Below, piece by piece: positions 48,212 through 56,048 of a stretch of 56,048 bases of DNA. How positions within the stretch are numbered: position 1 is the stretch's first letter; each line of letters opens with the position of its first letter. The DNA comes from Bdellovibrionota bacterium. Its GTDB lineage: Bacteria; Bdellovibrionota_C; UBA2361; JBIKUX01. The position numbers and the translations under genes are program-made. The notes under the pieces were generated by a model. The model made no database searches and had not been told where the DNA came from. It was given only the letters and a program-made list of their open reading frames with translations. The stretch spans positions 1 through 56,048 of the forward strand of contig JBIKUX010000018.1 of NCBI GenBank assembly GCA_044347345.1, written 5' to 3'.

Positions 48212-51200
48212 ATGACTTCAAAAAATAAAGTTCTTGCCCCTTCAAACTTTGAAAATCCAATAACAACGCCTCGAGGCAAATACTTAAGTATTCAAGAAGC
48301 AAGTATCAATAATCTTAAAAATATCTCAGTAGAACTTCCTCACGATACAGTTGTAGCAGTAACTGGGCTATCAGGTTCCGGAAAATCTTCACTTGTATTC
48401 GATACTATATATGCTGAAGGCCAACGACGTTATGTTGAAACATTTTCTCCGTATACACGACAATTTCTCGATAAAATCCGTAAACCAGCCGTACTGCGCA
48501 TAGATGGTGTTCGACCCACTATCGCTATACACCAAAGATCTCGTGTGCATAGTGCAAGATCAACAGTAGGTTCTTTAACAAATTTACACGATTATTTAAA
48601 ACTTTTATGGGCTAATTTAAGTGAAGCTTCATGTATCTCATGTAATACCCCACTTCCTCGTTGGACAGCATCTCGAATTACTATAGCGATACAAAAGCTT
48701 GCTTTACTGCGAGATCCACAAGATACAATTCTTATTTGTGCTCCATATCTAATTTCATCACCTTCAAATCTGACTGAAGAAATTGAAAGATTACGAGTTT
48801 TAGGTTTTTCTAGATTTTATAATCAAACAAAAAAAGCTATATGCTCGCTAGATGATAATGAAATTATCATCTATGACAATAAAATTGCCTCACCCTTGTA
48901 CATTGTTATTGAACGAATAAAAGGAAGGTCGCTTGCCGAGAATAGAATATCTGAAGCTGTAGAACATGCGCGTCAGCTCGGACAAAATAAAGTATCATTA
49001 TTTGTACTGAATACTACAAGCTTACTAGAGAGCGTTCATTTTGAAAATAAAAATACCTGCGTAAGTTGCCATTCAGAAAATCCATCTTTAGCAATCCCAC
49101 ATCCGCATCTTTTTACATTTTCTCATCCATTAGGAGCTTGTCCACAATGCAAAGGTTTTGGCAGGCTTTTAGAGATTGACGTTAATAAGTGTATTCCTGA
49201 TCCTACTCTTAGTATCCGTGAAGGAGTAATAGCATGCTGGAATGGTGCAAGTGCCTCATCTGAAAAAAAGGCACTCATCAAATTTTGTTCCAAAACTGGC
49301 ATATCACTTGATACTCCTTGGTCACTTCTTCCCAAAATCCAGCGCGATCAGATCCTTAATGAAAACACTCGCTCTTTTTGTGGAGTTCTTCCGTGGTTTG
49401 AGTGGTTAGAAAAAAAAACTTATAAAATGCATGTAAGGATTTTTCTAGCTCGGTATAGATCTCCACGAATATGTAATACATGCAACGGCACCCGCTTTTC
49501 GCAAGCCTCAATGAATTATAGATTGGGTAATTTAAAAATAAATGAAGCATCAGATATGCCGATAGGAGAGCTTGAAAATTGGCTGTCCATTACTTTAAAA
49601 AGTCTAAAGGAACTTCCACGCGATCTAAAATTTGTGGTTGAAGCTACATCCCTCAAGTTACAATTCTTATCGAAGCTTGGTTTAAATTATCTTACTTTAA
49701 ATCGACCCTCTCGAACCTTATCTGGTGGAGAAATGCAAAGAGTTAATCTAGCTGCTGCCCTTGGAACTGAGCTTACATCTATGCATTTTATTCTTGATGA
49801 GCCATCTATTGGATTACACCATCGTGATACCAACCAACTAATTTCAGTTATTCAAGAACTATCAGCAAAAGGTAATTCAATTACCCTTGTGGAACACGAT
49901 TTAGGCGTAATATCTTCCGGCGAATATGTACTGGAACTAGGACCAGGCTCAGGGTCTAAAGGTGGATCAATTATAAATTTTTCACCGACAGCAGAATGGC
50001 AACGACCATCAATTCCTAATTATTCTGCTACACACACCACCAACATTCCATCTCAAAAAACCCCTTGGCTACACATTAAAAATGCTTCGGCTCGTAACTT
50101 AAAGAATATCTCCGTTTCAATTCCCTTAAATACTTGTTGCGTACTTACTGGTGTCTCAGGAAGTGGGAAAAGCACTTTTGTGCATGAAGCTCTCGTACGA
50201 GCCTGGCAAATGAGCCGTAATCATCAACAACAATGCAATCATAAATCAATAACAGCAGTAAATGTAAATTTAGTCGAAGATTTGCTCGCTGAAAATAAGG
50301 ATGATGCGCCTTTAATAACTGAACCTATAAATAATTTAAGCGCGATACCCGTAGTGGACGGATTTGAACACATTAATGAGCTTACCGTAATTGATCAAAA
50401 TCCTCTTACAAAAAGTCCTCGCGCTAATATAGCCACTTATACTGGTCTATGGGGTCACTATAGAACTGCCTTTGCATCAAGTGAAAATGCAGTTTCCCGC
50501 GCTCTATCTCGCTCATCCTTTTCCTTTAATGTTGAGGGAGGTAGATGTCCTAATTGCAAGGGCGCAGGTGCAACAAAGGAAAGTATGCAATTTCTTAGTG
50601 ATGTAATTATACCATGTGAGATATGCAACGGAGAGCGCTTTCTTCCATCAGTACTGTCAATAACCTTGGATGGCAAATCTGTCGCTGATGTTCTAAAAAC
50701 CCCAGTAGGTGAGTGCTCTTTATTTTTTGATAGACTGCCTAAAATTAAAGCAACTGTAGACTTACTTTGCTCGCTTGGCCTTGATCATCTTACCCTCGGT
50801 CATTCATTAAGTGAGCTTTCTGGAGGAGAAGCTCAACGACTAAAGTTAGTTCCCTTTATAACTTCTGGCTCTAATAATGGGCACACTCTTTTTATCTTTG
50901 ATGAGCCAACTACAGGGCTTCATTTGCACGATGTTTCTCGCTTAATAAATGTTTTTCGTTTTTTACGAGATTCAGGTCACTCAGTTCTTTGCGTTGAACA
51001 CAACCTATCACTTATAGACGCTTTTGATTGGGTAATTGACTTTGGACCTGAAGGAGGTTCAAAGGGAGGTTATATACTTGCTGAAGGGACTCCTCAAGAG
51101 TTAGCTAACCGAAGCGATCTTGCTACTGGGTTAGCTCTTTCTGAATGGCGTAATGAATGTATAAAAATGCATAAAAATTACGCTAAATCATCTGGTGCTA

Positions 51201-53773
51201 AAGTTAGTTTAAAATCTCGTCATACTGACATCAGATCAATTGAAATTCGCGGAGCCCGTGCGCACAATCTTAAAAATATTGATGTTGATGTTCCTCTTGG
51301 CAAATTCATTGCCTTTACTGGTGTTTCTGGTTCTGGAAAATCTACAATAGCCAAAGATATTATATTTGCTGAAGGTCAAAGACGTTATCTTGATTGTTTA
51401 TCGCCATACGCAAGACAGTTCATCAAGGAGTTATCTCGACCTGATGTTGATTCTATCAAAAATTTATTGCCTACAATATTTGTAGCACAACATACATTTC
51501 AGCCTAGTAGCTTATCTACTGTTGGTACACTCTCAGAAACCTACCACTATCTTAGACTTTTATTTGCGAAAACAGGTGTACAATATTGCCCCGAACATCC
51601 TAACACTATTATCTCTGGTTCATCTTCTAAAGACCTAATGGAAAGACTGGTCGCCTTTGATGCCCCTATACGTTTACTTGCTCCAGTAATTAAAAATAAA
51701 AAAGGTCATCACAAAGCTACAATTTTGCGCGCAATAAATGGTGATATTCAGGAAATTAGAGTCGACGGTATTTTTTGTCGGCCTGGGTCTGTAGCTGAGG
51801 GTCTTTCACGTCATAAAGCGCATACTATCGAATTCGTGGTAGCAAAAATTCAAAATCCTCGCCTGTCGATTGATCTGCTCGAACAAGCGATAAATGACGG
51901 TCTTGCCTTAAGTAATGGTGAACTACTTGTGATTACCTCAGAAAGTGAAATACTTTTAAGTACAAACCGAGCATGCCCGCAGTGTAATCGAGGTTTCTTC
52001 TCACCTGATCCTGAGGATTTTTCTTTTAGTTCCAAAAGAGGGCGCTGTAAATCCTGTCACGGTACTGGTCTTACACGAACAGGGAAAGAATGTGGAGTAT
52101 GTCTTGGGGAGCGAATTAGCTCTGCTGGACGATCTGTTAAACTTGGGGATATCAGTATTGGTTACTTATCAAAGTTTTCAGCCAAAAATGCCCTAGAATT
52201 TATAAAAGGTTTAACTTTTACTGGGCGTGCGCAAGAACTAGCAACGCCAATTATTAAGGGTATTACCGAACGATTAGAAACCTTATGTAATATAGGTCTT
52301 GAATACTTAAGTTTAAACAGATCATGTGAAACCCTATCAGGAGGAGAACTTCAACGTCTCAGATTAAGTGCTGCTCTTGGCTCTCCTTTAACTGGTGTTT
52401 TATATCTTTTTGATGAACCAAGTGCTGGACTTCATCCCAGTGATAATACGCGAGTTCTTGAAATGCTTACAAAATTACGAGATTCAGGCAATTCTGTAAT
52501 AATGATTGAACATGATCCGACTAGTATACTTGCGGCCGATCATGTCATTGATGTTGGTCCAGGCGGAGGTAGGGAAGGTGGCGAAGTTATATGTAATGCA
52601 TCGCAAAGTGAATTTCGTCGATATACTAAATCTGTTACAGCTAAAGCAATTTGTTCATACTTTAATTCACTCGATAATTCTTTAAAAACTTGTTCCAGTA
52701 AGAAAGAATTAGCTTACTCAAATAATAAAATTAATTCGGAAAAAATTAGTAGCGTAACAGTAACTACAAATGGTGTTGGAAATGTAAAAAAAGGAAATTT
52801 ATATTTTCCATTAAATGCAATAACCGTTATTTCTGGTGTGTCTGGTGCAGGTAAAAGTACTCTTCTTTATCGCATTATTCGAGATACCCTAAAAAACTGC
52901 GAGAAAATTATTGAGAAAAATAGCTCTATCTTTGAGTGGAATTACAAGGGGAACAATATTTCCTCTCCCCAAAAAATTGAACGCGTGATTGAAGTTGATC
53001 AGAAACCTATAGGCAAAAATGCCCGTTCAACTCCGATATCTTACCTAAAATTATTTGACGACTTTAGAAAGCTATTTTCGAGCACGCTTGACGCTCGAGC
53101 TAAGGGATTTGATGCTTCTTTTTTCTCCTACAACTCAGGAAAAGGAAGGTGTGCCGATTGCCATGGTCTCGGGGTTTGTCGCCTTGAGATGAGCTTTCTT
53201 GCTGAGGCAAAAGTAATATGTGACACCTGTGACGGAACTCGATATTCAGAGCAAGCTAGAGCGATTAAATTTGCAGGACTATCAATTGCAGATCTACTCA
53301 AACTTACTTTTACAGAGGCTAAGACTCTTTTTGCCAATCATCGAAAAATTCATCAAAAGCTGAGACTAACCTGCGAACTCGGATTAGGTTATCTCACGCT
53401 TGGACAAGATTCATCAACTCTTTCGGGAGGTGAGAGTCAACGGCTAAAACTTGTGGCAGAACTCAGTGCATCACAGAGAGGTCATACTCTGTACCTTTTA
53501 GATGAACCTACTACCGGACTCCACATAAGCGATGTTCAGTGTTTAATTAAGACCTTAAGACAATTAGTAAACATGGGAAATACGGTTATTGTAATAGAAC
53601 ATGAAGAGCAGGTAATAACTACAGCGGACTATATCATTGAGCTTGGACCTGGAGCAGCTATGAATGGAGGCAAAATGATCTTTTCTGGTTCGCCAAAATC
53701 TCTTTTAGGTTCAAAAACTCCGTGGGGTGAAGTGCTTAGATCGAGATATAAGGAAAGTATTAAAGTTGCTTAA
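48212..53773 (+). CDS. uvrA: Double-length (tandem-fused) excinuclease ABC subunit A
   Basis: Four Walker A ([16 protein letters not shown] x2, GVSGAGKS), four LSGGExQR, four DEP[ST], two AEGQRRY, multiple CxxC zinc modules. Confidence 0.93.
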   Translation: MTSKNKVLAPSNFENPITTPRGKYLSIQEASINNLKNISVELPHDTVVAVTGLSGSGKSSLVFDTIYAEGQRRYVETFSPYTRQFLDKIRKPAVLRIDGVRPTIAIHQRSRVHSARSTVGSLTNLHDYLKLLWANLSEASCISCNTPLPRWTASRITIAIQKLALLRDPQDTILICAPYLISSPSNLTEEIERLRVLGFSRFYNQTKKAICSLDDNEIIIYDNKIASPLYIVIERIKGRSLAENRISEAVEHARQLGQNKVSLFVLNTTSLLESVHFENKNTCVSCHSENPSLAIPHPHLFTFSHPLGACPQCKGFGRLLEIDVNKCIPDPTLSIREGVIACWNGASASSEKKALIKFCSKTGISLDTPWSLLPKIQRDQILNENTRSFCGVLPWFEWLEKKTYKMHVRIFLARYRSPRICNTCNGTRFSQASMNYRLGNLKINEASDMPIGELENWLSITLKSLKELPRDLKFVVEATSLKLQFLSKLGLNYLTLNRPSRTLSGGEMQRVNLAAALGTELTSMHFILDEPSIGLHHRDTNQLISVIQELSAKGNSITLVEHDLGVISSGEYVLELGPGSGSKGGSIINFSPTAEWQRPSIPNYSATHTTNIPSQKTPWLHIKNASARNLKNISVSIPLNTCCVLTGVSGSGKSTFVHEALVRAWQMSRNHQQQCNHKSITAVNVNLVEDLLAENKDDAPLITEPINNLSAIPVVDGFEHINELTVIDQNPLTKSPRANIATYTGLWGHYRTAFASSENAVSRALSRSSFSFNVEGGRCPNCKGAGATKESMQFLSDVIIPCEICNGERFLPSVLSITLDGKSVADVLKTPVGECSLFFDRLPKIKATVDLLCSLGLDHLTLGHSLSELSGGEAQRLKLVPFITSGSNNGHTLFIFDEPTTGLHLHDVSRLINVFRFLRDSGHSVLCVEHNLSLIDAFDWVIDFGPEGGSKGGYILAEGTPQELANRSDLATGLALSEWRNECIKMHKNYAKSSGAKVSLKSRHTDIRSIEIRGARAHNLKNIDVDVPLGKFIAFTGVSGSGKSTIAKDIIFAEGQRRYLDCLSPYARQFIKELSRPDVDSIKNLLPTIFVAQHTFQPSSLSTVGTLSETYHYLRLLFAKTGVQYCPEHPNTIISGSSSKDLMERLVAFDAPIRLLAPVIKNKKGHHKATILRAINGDIQEIRVDGIFCRPGSVAEGLSRHKAHTIEFVVAKIQNPRLSIDLLEQAINDGLALSNGELLVITSESEILLSTNRACPQCNRGFFSPDPEDFSFSSKRGRCKSCHGTGLTRTGKECGVCLGERISSAGRSVKLGDISIGYLSKFSAKNALEFIKGLTFTGRAQELATPIIKGITERLETLCNIGLEYLSLNRSCETLSGGELQRLRLSAALGSPLTGVLYLFDEPSAGLHPSDNTRVLEMLTKLRDSGNSVIMIEHDPTSILAADHVIDVGPGGGREGGEVICNASQSEFRRYTKSVTAKAICSYFNSLDNSLKTCSSKKELAYSNNKINSEKISSVTVTTNGVGNVKKGNLYFPLNAITVISGVSGAGKSTLLYRIIRDTLKNCEKIIEKNSSIFEWNYKGNNISSPQKIERVIEVDQKPIGKNARSTPISYLKLFDDFRKLFSSTLDARAKGFDASFFSYNSGKGRCADCHGLGVCRLEMSFLAEAKVICDTCDGTRYSEQARAIKFAGLSIADLLKLTFTEAKTLFANHRKIHQKLRLTCELGLGYLTLGQDSSTLSGGESQRLKLVAELSASQRGHTLYLLDEPTTGLHISDVQCLIKTLRQLVNMGNTVIVIEHEEQVITTADYIIELGPGAAMNGGKMIFSGSPKSLLGSKTPWGEVLRSRYKESIKVA

Positions 53774-53795
53774 GTTTTTATTGTAGACACAAAAG

Positions 53796-54395
53796 TTATT
53801 CGGAGCCCTGTTCTTGCTTCGGTTTAACTTGAAGAGTTACTTTGCCGTTTTTTACAACTACTGCCATGCTCACTTTTTTCACTCCGAGTTGCTCTTTTAC
53901 AGCCTGTGCTCGTTTTACTAAAATTTTTTGAAATGAATCAAATGTAAGATTTTTGGTGTTCTTACCTGATTGTTCTAGTGCATCACGATAATTAGAGAAT
54001 AAATCTACTATTGCTTTAGGAGCACCGGCTCTTTCAAGTGCTTTAAGATCTTCAGCTGCATACCGAGCCCGCATCTCTGCTTTAAAAATATCTTTATGAT
54101 ATTTCCCTTCCTCTTTCTCGCGTAAAACTCTTTTCCAATAGTCATTATAAGATTTATACCGATATTCAAGAGTCCTAAGTAAATATCGTTGAGATGGTCT
54201 GAGGAAAGGAATACCTCTTATTGTTCTCATTTTTCGTACAGTATCCTGATGAAGCTTATCAGGAGGTTGTACTACAGTACCCATAAAATATTGTTCATAA
54301 CGAATTTTTAATTCGCTAATCATATCCTCAAATTTACGTAGCTCTTCTTCAGCATTCTGTGTTTTATTGGATGAATTATTTCCTGAACGCACCAT
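53796..54395 (-). CDS. Hypothetical protein, MXAN_5187 C-terminal-domain-like
   Basis: LKIRYEQYFMG...PP, YW.R..RE.EEG, V.VKNGKV.L pattern, recalled from deltaproteobacterial proteins. Confidence 0.55.
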   Translation of the reverse strand: MVRSGNNSSNKTQNAEEELRKFEDMISELKIRYEQYFMGTVVQPPDKLHQDTVRKMRTIRGIPFLRPSQRYLLRTLEYRYKSYNDYWKRVLREKEEGKYHKDIFKAEMRARYAAEDLKALERAGAPKAIVDLFSNYRDALEQSGKNTKNLTFDSFQKILVKRAQAVKEQLGVKKVSMAVVVKNGKVTLQVKPKQEQGSE

Positions 54396-54486
54396 CGATA
54401 TTTTGGAGGTAAGTGGGCATTTTTGCTCTTTCTACACGATTCATCGTATTAATCTGTAAAAAAGTTAATGAAGGAGAAATAGCTTC

Positions 54487-55905
54487 ATGAGCAACATACC
54501 CATCGCTATCGTCGTATTGGCTGCAGGAAAAGGCACTAGAATGGGAGGTGAACTACCTAAAGTCACAGTAAAAACTCGTGAAGCTCCGCTTATTCATCAT
54601 GTTCTTTCTACAGCTAGCATGCTAGCGCCGGAGCTTGTGGTCATAGTGACCGGATATATGAAAGAAGTAGTTGAAAAAACTATAGAAGATGGTATCAAAC
54701 AAGGAATTTTTTCATTTCCTCGATTATCATTTGTAGTGCAAGAAAGCCAGATGGGAACTGGCGATGCGGTAAGATGTGCTTTACCCGAATTAAATAATTT
54801 TGAGGGAATCGTACTTATTTTATGTGGGGATGTACCTCTATTAACTCCAGCCACGTTACTGGCTTTATGTAATGCTCATTATAACCATAACAATACTATA
54901 ACTGTTTTGACTTTTTCTCCTTCTATAACAGGAAGTTACGGTCGTATAGTTCGTAATCCTATAACGCATGAAGTATTAAAAATCGTTGAATTCAAAGACT
55001 GTACAGCTGAAGAGCGAGTCATTACTGAAGTGAACTCTGGTGTATATGCAGTGGACAGCTCATTTATCGGACCTGCTGTTAAGAATCTGCAGAATAACAA
55101 TTCACAAGGAGAGTATTATTTAACTGATATAGTATCTAGAGCAGTCAATGAAGGTCAGAGAGTAGGCACCTATCTTGGAATAAATTCAAATGAATTCCTT
55201 GGAGTTAATTCTCAACTAGAGCTTGCTGAGGTAGACCGCATACTTCTTAATGAACAACGTAATCGATTCATATCAACTGGAGTGATCCTTGAAGCACCTG
55301 ATACTTTTTTTGCTGATTCGTCCGTAGTTATTGCTTCAGGTGCTCGAGTAGGACCAAACGTAATTTTGAAGGGAAATACGACTATTGGTGAGGGAGTAGT
55401 CATTGAAGGCAGTGCATTAATTATTGATACTAAAATAGACGTTGGGGCACTCATTAAGTTTGGTGTTCGTGCTGAGTCCTCATATATCGGAGTAAAAGCG
55501 AGCGTAGGTCCTTTTGCTCACTTGCGCTCCGGCTCTTTTCTCAATGAAAAAGTTAAGGTTGGTAATTTTGTTGAGACTAAAAATGCAGTCTTGTATGAAG
55601 AAGTAGCTGCTAGCCATCTTTCATATCTTGGTGATTGTGAAATAGGAAAAAAGAGTAATATTGGAGCAGGAACTATTACCTGTAATTTTGATGGAGCAAA
55701 TAAGCATCAAACTAATATTGGCGAAAATGTTTTCATTGGCAGTAATTCTTCCCTTATCGCACCGATAACCGTAGGGAGTGGTGCTACTATAGGTGCTGGT
55801 TCAGTAATTCAAAACAATGTTCCAAGTAAAGCTCTAGCCGTAACAAGATCTCCCTTAACACTCCGCGCAGAATATCAACGAAAACAAAAACCCCCCACCC
55901 CCTGA
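54487..55905 (+). CDS. glmU: Bifunctional UDP-GlcNAc pyrophosphorylase / glucosamine-1-P acetyltransferase
   Basis: LAAGKGTRM, GTGDAV, GEYYLTD, GPFAHLR, GNFVETK, HLSYLGD, hexapeptide repeats. Confidence 0.97.
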   Translation: MSNIPIAIVVLAAGKGTRMGGELPKVTVKTREAPLIHHVLSTASMLAPELVVIVTGYMKEVVEKTIEDGIKQGIFSFPRLSFVVQESQMGTGDAVRCALPELNNFEGIVLILCGDVPLLTPATLLALCNAHYNHNNTITVLTFSPSITGSYGRIVRNPITHEVLKIVEFKDCTAEERVITEVNSGVYAVDSSFIGPAVKNLQNNNSQGEYYLTDIVSRAVNEGQRVGTYLGINSNEFLGVNSQLELAEVDRILLNEQRNRFISTGVILEAPDTFFADSSVVIASGARVGPNVILKGNTTIGEGVVIEGSALIIDTKIDVGALIKFGVRAESSYIGVKASVGPFAHLRSGSFLNEKVKVGNFVETKNAVLYEEVAASHLSYLGDCEIGKKSNIGAGTITCNFDGANKHQTNIGENVFIGSNSSLIAPITVGSGATIGAGSVIQNNVPSKALAVTRSPLTLRAEYQRKQKPPTP

Positions 55906-55945
55906 AAATAGTGTCAGAGACCCCCCTAAAAATAGTGTCAGAGAC
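55898..55945. repeat. 24-bp tandem repeat overlapping the glmU stop
   Basis: CCCCCT(G/A)AAAATAGTGTCAGAGAC x2, one mismatch. Confidence 0.85.
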
Positions 55946-56048
55946 GCTGTGGTGCCAGGAGCGAGGAGAATATCTAGCAACTTATTGCGAAGTCTCTCGA
56001 GTATAAGAGGAAACATTGTCGTTCTCATTACTCAGGAGTTTGTAATAT

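Noticed and set aside
1056-55454. Numerous short ORFs nested antisense or out of frame within long genes (e.g. 4404-4697, 8724-9065, 27585-27881, 41400-41729)
   Set aside because: Shadow ORFs of well-supported genes with no independent motifs
55898-55945. CRISPR-like repeat
   Set aside because: Two adjacent copies, no spacer, no cas genes
55946-56048. Possible glmS ribozyme (GTGCCAGGA..CGAGG)
   Set aside because: P1 stem and the downstream conserved core are missing; resemblance only superficial

Overview
A 56 kb, AT-rich, gene-dense piece of bacterial core chromosome. Gene content (pilB-pilC-regulator-pilA order, A2-type caa3 oxidase, RpoH, MXAN_5187-like protein) suggests a deltaproteobacterial/Bdellovibrionota-grade lineage; this is inference. 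It contains the rpmH-rnpA-yidD-yidC-mnmE cluster (rpmH is missing from the ORF track) without an adjacent dnaA, and a dense DnaA-box cluster at ~15.05-15.26 kb (probable oriC). It also has a type IV pilus locus, a cytochrome c oxidase operon divergent from a DtxR/MntR regulator, envelope/glycosylation genes, a photolyase, a double-length UvrA and glmU. I saw no rRNA, tRNA, CRISPR array or transposase. Main observations: (1) PilS and PilR appear collapsed into one membrane-anchored sigma54 activator with no kinase or receiver domain, directly upstream of a consensus sigma54 pilA promoter; (2) a translationally coupled FabH + catalytically degenerate FabH pair (PqsBC-like heterodimer candidate); (3) an oriC-like cluster uncoupled from dnaA; (4) a YidC with an extra C-terminal hydrophobic helix; (5) an M23 protein lacking its Zn ligands. 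All calls come from reading motifs; no database searches were run.
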